A stretch of DNA of 64,000 nt. Origin: an uncultured Anaerolineales bacterium (lineage in GTDB: Bacteria > Chloroflexota > Anaerolineae > UBA1429). The position numbers and the translations under genes are program-made. Location: positions 10,269-74,268 of the forward strand of contig CAYZWT010000017.1 of assembly GCA_964482225.1 (NCBI GenBank), read 5' to 3'. Under the pieces are notes generated by a model. It searched no databases. It was not told the DNA's origin and worked only from the letters and a program-made list of their open reading frames with translations. Below, piece after piece: positions 8,955 to 19,000 of this stretch (positions are counted from its first letter, which is position 1; every line of letters starts with the position of its first letter).

Positions 8955-11093
8955 ATGAGCCTCTATCGCCACGTCCACTCAGACGGGGATGCGCACGCCC
9001 GCAAGCCCGCAGACGGAGACAGGCGACGCCCTGGGCGCGTGCTGGCCGCGCTGCTGGCGGGAGCGCTTCTCCTGGCCCTGCTGCCGGGGCCGTTGGCCGC
9101 TCAAGCTACCGGCCAACGCCAGATGGTCACCATCGGCGCTGACTTTGAGCGGGACCTCGTGGTCACCGCCAAGGCCTTTGGCACCCACGGCCCGGCGTTC
9201 GAACTGGCCAACATCCGGATACGGGGCAGTTGGCTGGTGCAGGGACTGGACGCCCGGGATATAGGGACTCGCGGCGTGAACTATGTCAGGCAGTATACCC
9301 AGATCTATCCGGCGGATCGGCTGCGGATCGAGTTCACGATCACGTCGGTGGAGATCGAGATCATTGACCGGGGCGCGTCTGGCGCGGGACGGCCCGGCAC
9401 CTATAACACCGGCACCGACAACAGCTATGCCGAGGTCTCTGTCACCAGAGTGCAGCTCAGGCCCATGGACGCCTCCCCGCCTTGGCTCGAGGGTCTCCAG
9501 CTGCAGGGCGGGTTCGACATTGCTTTTTCCGAGAGCGATCGGAGCATGGCCGCTCGGGTGGTCTTTCCTGACGATCCCTTGCCCCTGACGACGCTGGCCT
9601 ACAGCCATCCCCAATACATTGATCTCCAGGTCTATGGAGATCACCGGCACTATCGTCGCGGCGTTCAGGACCTCGCCCATGATGACCTCCTGCTGCACGA
9701 GTTCCGGGTGATGGAGCTGCACGTAGCCTTTGACTCCCCCGATCTGCCCCCCCGCCAGCAGGCCGCCGCCGCCCCCGATGGAGGAGCAACCAGCGCGCCC
9801 ACGACAGAGAGCCCGAGGCAACAGGTTGCGCCGGGCCCGAACGGCGACGAACGTTCGCTCACCGGCTTGGTGTTGGCAGGGCTGGCGGTGGTCGTTGGCG
9901 GCGCGGCTGTGGTGCTGATCAAGGCCCTGGCCGGGAAAGGGGGCGGCGAGGCCGCTCTGGCTGCCGAGCCCCGGGCTCAGCCCGCCCCTCGGGACGATGG
10001 CGCCGAGTGGGTCACCTATCCGGACGGAACCGAGCAGTTCACCCACCCCGATGGCAGCGTCGAGACCTACTACCCAGACGGACGGGCCGTAATCCATGAG
10101 CCCGATGGCACAGTCATCGAGCGCGGGGCGGACGACATGCTCATCGTGCACTATCCCGATGGCTCGGTGGAGACCCACTATCCTGACGGCTCGGCGGTCA
10201 AGCACGATCCTGATGGCGTCATCAGCGAGCGAACGCCCGACGACATTGCGACGGTGCACTATCCAGACGGGACGTACACGCGCGTGTATCCCGATGGAAG
10301 TATCGAGTACACGGAGACGGATGGCTTTTACCGGGTCACCAATGCCGAGGGTGAACTGGTCCGCGTGGGCGACACGGAGGGCCTGACGGTGGTGGACCTG
10401 CACCCCGATGGGACGGCCACGCTGCACACCAAGTACGGCGGCAGCGTGCGGTACGATCCCAGCAAGGGAAGCTTTATCAACTCTATCATTGAGGGGACCA
10501 TCCATCTGGATGATCAGGGCAGCACCCTTGGTCGGACGGGCGACCTCATCCGGATAGAGATGCCGAGCGAAGAGATTCTCCGCGAGATAGACCTATCCAC
10601 GGGGGAGGTGATCCTACAGGATAGAGAGGCGAGGCTCGTTGGGAATTTTAACACAGGGGAGTTTGACATGAGGAGTGTGGATGGCTCCTATATGACGCTG
10701 GATCGGGAGGGCAACGTGCGGTATCACGACGCAGTCGAAGGGCTGACGGCTGAGATGGATGCCGCGGATGGGTCTTTGACTGTAACCAACAGAGAGGGCG
10801 ACAGACTCGAGTTGAGGGGGGATACCCTGGTCGTCAACGACGTAGCGTGGACCAAGGGCGCCGATGGCTCGAACAGTGCGACACTGGATGATGGCAGGAC
10901 GATCACGTTGCACCCTGACGGCGGGTACAGCGTCGTGAGCCCGCAAGGTGATCGGGGGGTCGTGCGCGCCGATGGCTCGGCGACGGTGACCTTTGCCGAT
11001 GGCATCGTCGAGCACTATGGGGCGGACGGCACAGCGACGCGGACCCATCCCGACGGCAGGATGGAGCAGATCGAGCCCAGCGGCGAGCGATAG
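8955..11093 (+). CDS. Secreted/single-pass membrane protein with Pro-rich linker, one TM helix and a C-terminal array of 11-residue YPDG (MORN-like) tandem repeats
   Basis: ATG at 8955 with RBS GGGGAGAGG. The signal-like segment is VLAALLAGALLLALLPGPLAAQA. A roughly 300-aa domain is followed by the linker PDLPPRQQAAAAPDGGATSAPTTESPRQQVAPGPNGDE and the TM helix LTGLVLAGLAVVVGGAAVVLIKALAG. After that come at least 12 repeats of the form hxYPDG(S/T)xExx, for example VTYPDGTEQFTHPDGSVETYYPDGRAVIHEPDGTVIER, degenerating toward the C-terminus. Confidence 0.7.
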   Translation: MSLYRHVHSDGDAHARKPADGDRRRPGRVLAALLAGALLLALLPGPLAAQATGQRQMVTIGADFERDLVVTAKAFGTHGPAFELANIRIRGSWLVQGLDARDIGTRGVNYVRQYTQIYPADRLRIEFTITSVEIEIIDRGASGAGRPGTYNTGTDNSYAEVSVTRVQLRPMDASPPWLEGLQLQGGFDIAFSESDRSMAARVVFPDDPLPLTTLAYSHPQYIDLQVYGDHRHYRRGVQDLAHDDLLLHEFRVMELHVAFDSPDLPPRQQAAAAPDGGATSAPTTESPRQQVAPGPNGDERSLTGLVLAGLAVVVGGAAVVLIKALAGKGGGEAALAAEPRAQPAPRDDGAEWVTYPDGTEQFTHPDGSVETYYPDGRAVIHEPDGTVIERGADDMLIVHYPDGSVETHYPDGSAVKHDPDGVISERTPDDIATVHYPDGTYTRVYPDGSIEYTETDGFYRVTNAEGELVRVGDTEGLTVVDLHPDGTATLHTKYGGSVRYDPSKGSFINSIIEGTIHLDDQGSTLGRTGDLIRIEMPSEEILREIDLSTGEVILQDREARLVGNFNTGEFDMRSVDGSYMTLDREGNVRYHDAVEGLTAEMDAADGSLTVTNREGDRLELRGDTLVVNDVAWTKGADGSNSATLDDGRTITLHPDGGYSVVSPQGDRGVVRADGSATVTFADGIVEHYGADGTATRTHPDGRMEQIEPSGER
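10015..10460 (+). repeat. Intragenic tandem 33-bp (11-codon) repeat array encoding the YPDG repeats
   Basis: Direct inspection shows a periodicity of ...tatccggacggaacc... / ...taccc agacggacgg... / ...tatcccgatggctcg... / ...tatcctgacggctcg... with a 33-bp period. Confidence 0.8.
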
Positions 11094-11123
11094 CGCGCCT
11101 GTTGGGCGCGGGGGAGGCAACGC

Positions 11124-11618
11124 ATGAACACGACGCCAGCTAGAGAGCTGCTGGCCAAAGCAGGCCAGGAGGTCGAGACGGTGCAGAGACTGCTGCGCGC
11201 ATGGGACTTGGCCCGGTTGCGCCAGGGGGAACTGGAGGCCAGGGCGGCCAACTGGACCGTTGAGGCGGGAAAGCGCCTTGCGGCCAGGCTCCCTATCCCC
11301 GATGAGGCAGCGATCCGCCCTGACAGGGCGCGCATCCAGAGCGCGGGGGAGCGGGCTGGCGCGCTGCGGTCCGCGCAGCCGCGCTCCTTTGCCCGGGATC
11401 AAGGGCAGCCTGTGCCTGAGCGAGCGACGGGGGACGGGGCCGCCGCCTGCTACATGAGCCGCGATGGCCAGGTGTACGGGCCCTACCGCTGGGAGGAGAT
11501 GCAGGCCTTTGCCCGCGGGGGGCGGCTGGCGGCCACGGACATGGTCTGGCTGAGCGGATGGCCCGAGTGGGTCCAGGCGTCCCGCGTGCCAGAGCTGCGT
11601 ATGTCGCCGGAAAACTGA
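11124..11618 (+). CDS. Hypothetical protein with C-terminal DUF4339 (GYF_2-like) domain
   Basis: RBS GGGGGAGG. The C-terminus YMSRDGQVYGPYRWEEMQAFARGGRLAATDMVWLSGWPEWVQASRVPEL matches the GYF_2/DUF4339 pattern (G-Y-F-like core followed by W...W). The N-terminal half looks coiled-coil. Confidence 0.6.
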   Translation: MNTTPARELLAKAGQEVETVQRLLRAWDLARLRQGELEARAANWTVEAGKRLAARLPIPDEAAIRPDRARIQSAGERAGALRSAQPRSFARDQGQPVPERATGDGAAACYMSRDGQVYGPYRWEEMQAFARGGRLAATDMVWLSGWPEWVQASRVPELRMSPEN

Positions 11619-11687
11619 GCGGCGCAGCGCATTGCCGGCTCTCTCCCCCCGTTTGACACCTCGCCCCTGCCTCGGCATACTCCCGCC

Positions 11688-13055
11688 ATGAACTCGCTGC
11701 GAGGCGCTGCGCGCCGCCTGGCCCTCCCCATCAGATCCCACCTGGCTGCCGGCCAGCCCATGCTGCGCCAGGCCGGGCTGCTCTTTGCCATCGAGCTGCT
11801 GGCCCACGCGGTGGACTATGTATTTCACCTCTACCTGGGGCGCAGCCTGAGCGCGGGCGCCTTTGCCGCCTTTCAGAGCTACTTTACCCTGGCGATGCTC
11901 TTTATCACCCTGGGCGGCATCGTGCAGCCTCCGGTGACCCGCTATGTCGCCGCGCCGCCCGATACCGCAACTGGGCCCGCCCCGGCGGGCGCCATCGTGC
12001 GCGCCTACCTGTGGCAGGGGGGCGTTGTCGGTCTCCTGGTCGGCGCGCTCCTGATGCTGGCCACCCCCCTATTGGCCCAGGCCACCCATCTGCCCGCCCC
12101 CATGCTGCGCCTCATCGCCATTGCCATGCCCCTGGCAATGGCGCGCCCTGTGTTGCTGGGCCTGCTGCAGGGCCAGGGGCGCTTTGGTAGCCTGGGCTCC
12201 ATCACCCTGCTCTACGCCGTGGCCCGCCTGACGCTGGCCGTGGTCGGCATCGGACCGGGAGAGCGGTCATGGGCCGCGAGCACAGGCCGCGCCATCGGAC
12301 TGACGGTGCATGCGGCCAATTCGTATTGGGCCGCCCTCACGTTGCCCCTCTCGCTGGTCCTGGCCGTGGCCCTGGGCCTGTTCCTGGCCCGCCGCGCGTT
12401 GGGCCAGACCGGGCGGCTGCCCTGGCAGGTCGCGCTCAGGGGCTGGCGGCTCTCACTGGCGACGTTGCTGATGGCCAGCGCATTCATGGCCCTCACCGGC
12501 CTGGATGTGGTGTGGGTCAATCGGATGGCGACGCCGGAGGTGGCCGGGGCCTATGCCCAGGCGCTGGTGTTGCGGCGCATCGTCTCGTTTGTGCCCCTGG
12601 CCACGGGCATGGTGCTGCTGCCACGGGTCGCGGCGGCAGGGCGGCGCGCCGACCGCCCCATCGCCCTGGCCGTCGGCCTCGTTCTGGCCAACGGGACGGC
12701 CCTCACCATCCTGTATGCCGCCCTGGGCGGCGCCATCGAGCGGCTGGCCTTTGGCGGAGGTGTGGCGGCGCCCATCGCCTGGCTGGCGGGCATGGCCTGG
12801 GCCATGACGGGCTATGGGCTGGTCACCATCTGGCTGAATGTCTTTATCGCCACCGAGCCGCTGCCCTTTGGCTATCTCTTGGCCGCCGCCGCGCCCATCC
12901 AGATCGGCCTCTACCTCTGGCTGGGGCGCACCCCCGAGGCGGTGATCGCCATCCTGGGCGGATCGGGCTGGCTGCTGGCCCTGGCCGGCGCAGCGCTCTA
13001 TCTCTTTTGGCTCAGGCCGCGCGCTGGACACCCGGGCCGTTCGGCGCTAGAGTAG
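11688..13055 (+). CDS. Polysaccharide biosynthesis/export flippase-like polytopic membrane protein (MOP superfamily, Wzx/MurJ-like)
   Basis: 455 aa with about 12-14 predicted TM helices and no soluble domains. The composition and length fit the MOP exporter family. The start is uncertain. Confidence 0.55.
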   Translation: MNSLRGAARRLALPIRSHLAAGQPMLRQAGLLFAIELLAHAVDYVFHLYLGRSLSAGAFAAFQSYFTLAMLFITLGGIVQPPVTRYVAAPPDTATGPAPAGAIVRAYLWQGGVVGLLVGALLMLATPLLAQATHLPAPMLRLIAIAMPLAMARPVLLGLLQGQGRFGSLGSITLLYAVARLTLAVVGIGPGERSWAASTGRAIGLTVHAANSYWAALTLPLSLVLAVALGLFLARRALGQTGRLPWQVALRGWRLSLATLLMASAFMALTGLDVVWVNRMATPEVAGAYAQALVLRRIVSFVPLATGMVLLPRVAAAGRRADRPIALAVGLVLANGTALTILYAALGGAIERLAFGGGVAAPIAWLAGMAWAMTGYGLVTIWLNVFIATEPLPFGYLLAAAAPIQIGLYLWLGRTPEAVIAILGGSGWLLALAGAALYLFWLRPRAGHPGRSALE

Positions 13056-13102
13056 GGCTGCGGCGTATCGCTGGCTGCGTTCCCGTTCAGGAGGCAGAAC
13101 CC

Positions 13103-14260
13103 ATGATCCGCATGCTTGACTTTCAACTGAGCGGCCGCCTGCTATTTGGGCATGGCGCCCTGGCCGAACTGCCGGGGGCCTTGGCGCGCCTGGGGATCGA
13201 GCGCGCCCTCGTCGTCACCGACGCGGGGCTGGTGCGCGCCGGCCTGTGCGAGCGGGTGACCTCGGTGCTGGATGGTGCAGGTGTTGCGTACAGCGTCTTT
13301 GACGGCGTGGAGCCCGACCCGCGCATGGCCATTGTGGCGCTGTGCCTGGAGGCAGCGCGGGATAGCGGCTGCCAAGCGCTGATCGGCCTGGGCGGCGGCA
13401 GCGCCCTGGATATCGCCAAGCTGACCTCGGCACTGCTCACCAACCCGGGCGACGTGGCCCAGTATATCGGCGTGGATCGCATCCCGAACCCCACCCTGCC
13501 CAAGGTCCTGATCCCCACCACCTCGGGCACCGGCAGCGAGGTCTCGCCCATCGCCATCCTCTCGGACGAGGATGCGCACCTGAAAAAGGGCGTGGTAAGC
13601 CACCGGCTCTATGCCGATGCGGCCATCGTGGACCCGGATCTGACCCTGGGCCTGCCGCCCCACATCACCGCCTACACCGGGGTTGACGCCCTGACCCACC
13701 ACATCGAGGCTTATGTCAACAAGTACGCCCACCCCTTGGTGGATACCTTTGCCCTGCGAGGCATCGAGCTGATCGGGGCCAATCTGCGGCGGGCGGTGGC
13801 CTGCGGCGACGATCCGGTTGCCCGCTTTGACATGGCGTTGGCCAGCACCCTGGGCGGCTTTTGCCTGGGCACCGTCAATACCGGCGCCGTACACGCCCTG
13901 GCCTACCCCCTGGGTGGCGAGTTCAACATCCCCCACGGGGTGGCCAACTCGCTGCTGCTGCCCTATGTGATGCGCTACAACCTGATCAGCAACCCAGGGC
14001 GCTTTGCCGATATCGCCGTGGCCCTGGGCTGCCACATCGAAGGGCTCCCGCAACGCGAGGCCGCCGAGCTGGCTATCGAGGCCGTCGTGCAGCTCTGCAG
14101 CGATATCGGCATCGTCTCGCGCATGCGCGATCTGAGCGTGCCCAGGGGCGCCATTGAGCATATGGCCGTCGCAGCTATGGACGTGACGCGCCTGCTCAGC
14201 ATCAACCCGCGCACCGTGACCCTAGAGGCCGCCCGCGAGATCTACCGGCAAGCATACTGA
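13103..14260 (+). CDS. Iron-containing alcohol dehydrogenase (Fe-ADH family)
   Basis: ATG at 13103 with RBS GGAGG. Motifs GGGSALDIAK and the His-rich metal site GVDALTHHIEAY...HALAYPLGGEFNIPHGVANSLLLP are present. The upstream part of ORF 12269..14260 is a GC-rich shadow extension. Confidence 0.9.
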   Translation: MIRMLDFQLSGRLLFGHGALAELPGALARLGIERALVVTDAGLVRAGLCERVTSVLDGAGVAYSVFDGVEPDPRMAIVALCLEAARDSGCQALIGLGGGSALDIAKLTSALLTNPGDVAQYIGVDRIPNPTLPKVLIPTTSGTGSEVSPIAILSDEDAHLKKGVVSHRLYADAAIVDPDLTLGLPPHITAYTGVDALTHHIEAYVNKYAHPLVDTFALRGIELIGANLRRAVACGDDPVARFDMALASTLGGFCLGTVNTGAVHALAYPLGGEFNIPHGVANSLLLPYVMRYNLISNPGRFADIAVALGCHIEGLPQREAAELAIEAVVQLCSDIGIVSRMRDLSVPRGAIEHMAVAAMDVTRLLSINPRTVTLEAAREIYRQAY

Positions 14261-14290
14261 GTATATATAGAGACATCGAGAGGAGTACCC

Positions 14291-15967
14291 ATGCGTGTTG
14301 CAGAGGTTGTCGTTCGGATTCTGGAGGATGAGGGCATCGAGGCCGCTTTTGGCATCCCAGGCGCGGCCATCAACCCGGTGTACGAGTTCCTGGGCACCTC
14401 CAGGCAGATCAAGCACTATACGGCGCGCCACGAAGAGGGCGCGTTGCACGCCGCCGACGGCTATTCTCGGGCCACGGGCTGCACCAAGCTGGGCTTGGCT
14501 ATCTGCACCTCTGGGCCCGGCGCCACCAATTTTGTCACCGGCCTCTATACCGCCCAGATTGACTCGATCCCTCTGATCGCCATCACCGGCCAGAACGTGC
14601 GCTCGCAGCTTCACAAAGAAGCCTTTCAGGCCGTGGATATCGTGGATATCGTCAAGCCGGTGTGCAAGGCGGCCTGGTGCATCACCGAGCCAGAGCAGGC
14701 GCCCAGCATCCTGCGCAAGGCATTCTGGACCGCCCGCGAGGGGCGGCCTGGGCCGGTGCTGATTGATCTCCCGCTGGATGTGCAGATGGCCGACATCCCC
14801 TACGACCCCGCCAAGGACGCAGCGATCCCGCTGGTCAAGCAACCGCCCGATCCGACGCTGATCGAGCAGGCCATCGAGACGCTGCTGGCCGCCGAGAACC
14901 CGATCATGATCATGGGCGGCGGCGTGCTGCTGGCCCACGCCACCGGGCCTTGCGTGGCCCTGGCGGAGCACCTGGCCTTGCCGGTGGTGACCACCTATAT
15001 GGCCACGGGCGGCATCCCGGCCCAGCACCCGCTGCACGTAGGCCATATCGGCATCCAGGTGGGCGGGCCCTTTGGCAACCAGTTCTTCCTGGGATCGGAC
15101 CTGGTGCTGGCCATCGGCAATCGCTTCAACGACCGGCACACCGGCGCGCTGCCCGCCTATACCAAGGGGCGCAAGTTCATCCACATCAACATCGAACCGG
15201 AGCACATTGGCCGGATCGTGCCCACCGAGCTGGGCATCGTGGCCGATGCCGGGCTGGCCATCGAGGCGCTGCTGGAGGCGGCTCGCCGCCGCACGCCGCC
15301 CCGCGCCCCCAGCGAGCGGGTGCAGCGCATCCCCGCCGAGCGCGCAGAGATGGCCCGCCGCACCGATTACGACCAGGTGCCCATCAAGCCCCAGCGGGTC
15401 TATCAGGAGCTGAACGAGTTCTTTGGGCCGGATACCTTCTTTACCACCGGCTGCGGGTTGACCCAGATCTGGTCGGGGCAGTTCCAGCAGATAGACAGCC
15501 CGGCGACCTACCTGCCCTCCGGCGGCGCGGGCACCCTGGGTTATGACCTGCCGGCGGCCATTGGGGCCAAGCTGGCGCGGCCCGCGTTCACCTCCGTGGC
15601 GGTGGTGGGCGATGGCGGTGTGGGGTTCACCATCCAGGAGCTAGCCATGGCCTGCCAATACAACGTGCCGGTGATCGTCGTGATCGTGAACAACGGCTAC
15701 CTGAGCCTGATCCGCCAGAACCAGCGCTACGCCTACGAGTACGAATATGGCGTGGACCTGACCTATGGCGAGCGGGGGGTGGATTTCTGCATCGTGGCCG
15801 AGGGCTTTGGCGCCTATGCCGAGCGGGTGACCGCGCCTGAGGGGATTCGCCCGGCGTTCGAGCGGGCCGTGGCGGCCAACTGCCCGGCGGTGATTGACAT
15901 CGTGGTCGAACGCGAGACGGACGCCTCGATGGGCGCCAGCATTGATGCGGTGAGAGAGTTTGTATAG
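14291..15967 (+). CDS. Thiamine-diphosphate-dependent enzyme of the acetolactate synthase / glyoxylate carboligase family
   Basis: N-terminus FGIPGAAINPVYEFL and RHEEGALHAADGYSRATG (catalytic Glu retained, unlike canonical Gcl, which carries Val here). A central FAD-like domain and a C-terminal TPP-binding GDGG motif (VVGDGGVGFTIQEL) are present. Confidence 0.8.
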   Translation: MRVAEVVVRILEDEGIEAAFGIPGAAINPVYEFLGTSRQIKHYTARHEEGALHAADGYSRATGCTKLGLAICTSGPGATNFVTGLYTAQIDSIPLIAITGQNVRSQLHKEAFQAVDIVDIVKPVCKAAWCITEPEQAPSILRKAFWTAREGRPGPVLIDLPLDVQMADIPYDPAKDAAIPLVKQPPDPTLIEQAIETLLAAENPIMIMGGGVLLAHATGPCVALAEHLALPVVTTYMATGGIPAQHPLHVGHIGIQVGGPFGNQFFLGSDLVLAIGNRFNDRHTGALPAYTKGRKFIHINIEPEHIGRIVPTELGIVADAGLAIEALLEAARRRTPPRAPSERVQRIPAERAEMARRTDYDQVPIKPQRVYQELNEFFGPDTFFTTGCGLTQIWSGQFQQIDSPATYLPSGGAGTLGYDLPAAIGAKLARPAFTSVAVVGDGGVGFTIQELAMACQYNVPVIVVIVNNGYLSLIRQNQRYAYEYEYGVDLTYGERGVDFCIVAEGFGAYAERVTAPEGIRPAFERAVAANCPAVIDIVVERETDASMGASIDAVREFV

Positions 15968-15987
15968 GGGCGCAGATGCCCGACGAA

Positions 15988-16027
15988 CCAAGAGACGCCT
16001 CCCGCAGTAGCCGGGAGGCGTCTCTTG
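15988..16027. terminator. Bidirectional intrinsic terminator between convergent genes
   Basis: Perfect 16-17-bp inverted repeat CCAAGAGACGCCTCCCG-cagtag-CCGGGAGGCGTCTCTTGG between the TPP-enzyme stop (15967) and the histidine-kinase stop (16051). Confidence 0.7.
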
Positions 16028-16050
16028 GCCTCACGATCATCGCATCTCTC

Positions 16051-19000
16051 TCAGCCGCGTTCTAGCGCCTCGCGCACCTTGGCCGTCAGCGTATGCACAT
16101 CGAAAGGCTTTTGCAGGAAGGGCACATCCTCCGCCAGAATGCCGCGCTCGGCGATGATATCGGCAGAATAGCCGGACATGAACAGTACCCTGATGCCTGG
16201 CTTGAGTTGGGCGACGCGCTCGGCGAGAGCGCGCCCGTTCATATCGGGCATCACCACATCGGTGATCAGCAGATCAATGGGCGCGGCGTACTGCCGGCAC
16301 AGGGCCAGCGCGTCCTCTGGGTGGTTCGCCGCCAGGACGGTATAGCCCTGGCGCTCCAGAAGGCTCTGGTACAGGGCCAGGATTTGGGGCTCATCCTCGA
16401 CGACTAGCACCGTTTCACTGCCGGAGGATGCCCGCGTCACCTCGTGCGTATGGCCGGTAGCGCCCTCCTCGCGATAGCGCGGCAAATAGATCCGCACGCT
16501 CGTGCCCTGGCCCGGCTCGCTGTATACATGGATGAACCCGTCGTTTTGCTTGACGATGCCATAGACCGTGGCCAACCCCAAGCCCGTGCCCTGCCCCACC
16601 GGCTTGGTCGTAAAGAACGGCTCGAACAGATGCGCTTGGGTCCCGGCATCCATGCCCACCCCCGTATCGCTGAATGCCAGCATCACGTATTCTCCCGGCG
16701 CAAAATCACCCTGCGAGCGGGCGTATCCCTCGTCCACCCGCACATTGCGGATCTCCAACGTGATCTTGCCCACATCGGCGATGGCATCCCGGGCGTTGCT
16801 CGCCAGGTTCATCAGGATCTGGCTGATCTGGGCAGGGTCAATGTGCACCGGCCAGAGTTCCGCGCCCTGAACGAAATGCACCTGGATCTCCTCACCCACC
16901 AGACGGCGCAGCATCTGCTCGTGATCGGCAATCACGATGGACAGGTCTATCATATGGGGCTGCACGGTCTGGCGCCGGGCAAAGCCCAGTAGTTGAGAGG
17001 TGAGCGCAGCCGAGCGCTGCGCCGCTCGACGGATCTCGATCAGAGACTCGTGCGCATCGTCATCGGGGGCCATCCCGTCGAGCGCCAGCTCGGCATAGCC
17101 CGAGATGACACTGAGCATGTTATTGAAATCGTGGGCCACGCCGCCTGCCAGTCTGCCGATAGCCTCCATCTTGACCGCCTGGCGCAACCGCTCCTCGCTT
17201 TCGGCCAGGTTCTCTCGAATGTGCTGATCGCGCACATACAAGCCATACAGCTCGGCCAGGCGGCGAATCGTCTCCAGGGCGTCATCATCATAGCCTTGGG
17301 GCGCATTGGCCAGGGCGATCTGCCCGATCAGCTCTCCTTCAGACATCACCGGCATCGAGAGCAGGCTCTGGAGTGGCACATGCCCTTCGGGCAGACCTGT
17401 CGCAGCCGGGTGTGCGGCAGGATCGTTGGTATAGAACGCTTCACAGGTGTTCAACGCATGGCCCCACAGCCCGGGATAGCGGCCATCGGAGCCCGGCGGG
17501 AAGATGAGGGGCTCCTTGGCATCCAGGAGCTGACAATCTTGGTCGGTCTGCTCGCAAAATGTGTGGGTATGCATGTCGCCGTTGCGCGGGTCTTTGGCGG
17601 CCACGTAACCATGTACGCTGCCCGTAAGGGCGCGGGCATGATCGAGCACGGCCAGCGCGATCTCGCGGCCATCGCGGACGGGCTGCAAGAGCGCGGAAGA
17701 GAGAGCCGCCAGAGCCGAGTCCACAGCCGACCGGCGCCTGAGCGCCTCTTGCGCCTCGCGCTGGGCGGTGATGTCTATCATCAGGCCATGGGAGCGTAGG
17801 GGCTGGCCATCGCGCATGTCAACGCTCGCCACATCGCGCAGCCAGACGATGCCGCCATCGGGCCGCAGGAAGCGATACTCGGCATCGTGAGGCTCACCCC
17901 GAGCGGTACACGTATCCATCAGGGCCGCCACACGCTCCCGATCCTCCGGATGCAGGTGGTCCTTCCAGAATCTACAGTCGGTCCATGCCTGAGGCGGCCA
18001 GCCGGTCAGATCGGCGGCCTGGGGCGCAACGTAGGCAAAGCGATCGGCGATGAGATCGTACTCCCACAGCACCGCTTGAGACGACTCGGCCAGCCGCCGG
18101 TAGCGCTCCTCGCTTTCGCGCAGCGCTTCTTCGGCCTGCCTGTGCTCCGTTATGTCGCGCCCGATGCCCGCCAGACCGATGATCTCGCCCTGGTCGTTGC
18201 GCAACGGCAACTTGGTGGTCAACAGCCAATAGCGCCTGCCGTGGGCATTGACCAATTCCATCTCTTGGTTTATGAGAGAGGTCCCTTGTAGCACCAAGGC
18301 GTCATGTCCTGTGTAGGGGGCGGCCATATCAGGCGCAAAGAGATCCCAATCGGTCTTGCCCAATACCTCTCTCTCATCCGTGAGCCCCAGCATGGCCAGC
18401 TCAGCCCGGTTGGACAGCGTCTTGCGCCCCTGGAGATCCTTGGCATAGATCGCGTCAGGCAGGTTGTCAATCACGGTGCGCAGCAAGACACGCTCGCGGG
18501 CCAGCGCCTCTTCTGCCTCTTTGCGCGCAGTGATGTCGTGGCCGATGCCCACCAGGCCCACGATCTCCCCCTGCTCGTTGAGCAGCGGCAACTTGGAGGT
18601 GGCAAGCCAGATCTGTTTCCCCTGGCTGTTGACCAGCCGTTCCTCGTGGTCCAGCACCGGCTCGCCCGCCTCCAGCACCGCCTGCTCGGCGGCCATGAGC
18701 TCCTGGGCGACCTCGAACGGGAATAGCTCCGCATCTGTCTTGCCCAAGACCTCTGCCTCGGTAGAGGCGCCGATGTTATCCAGGTCCTGCCGGTTGGCGA
18801 GGGTCTTGCGTCCTTGGCGATCTTTGACATAGATGGCCGCGTGCAGGTTGTCAATGACGGTGCGCAACAAGAGGCGCTCGTCGGCCAGCGCCCGCTGGGC
18901 CTCCCGGCGAGCGGTAATATCCTCGATGACCAGGATCACATAGCGGGGTCTCGCGTCGGCATCAAGGATCGGCGCAGCGCTCAGCCGCGCCCAGATCAGG

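Noticed and set aside
12269-13102. N-terminal extension of ORF 12269..14260 (663 aa)
   Set aside because: It is in-frame read-through across the flippase gene in another frame (Pro/Gly/Arg-rich). The Fe-ADH homology and its RBS begin at 13103.
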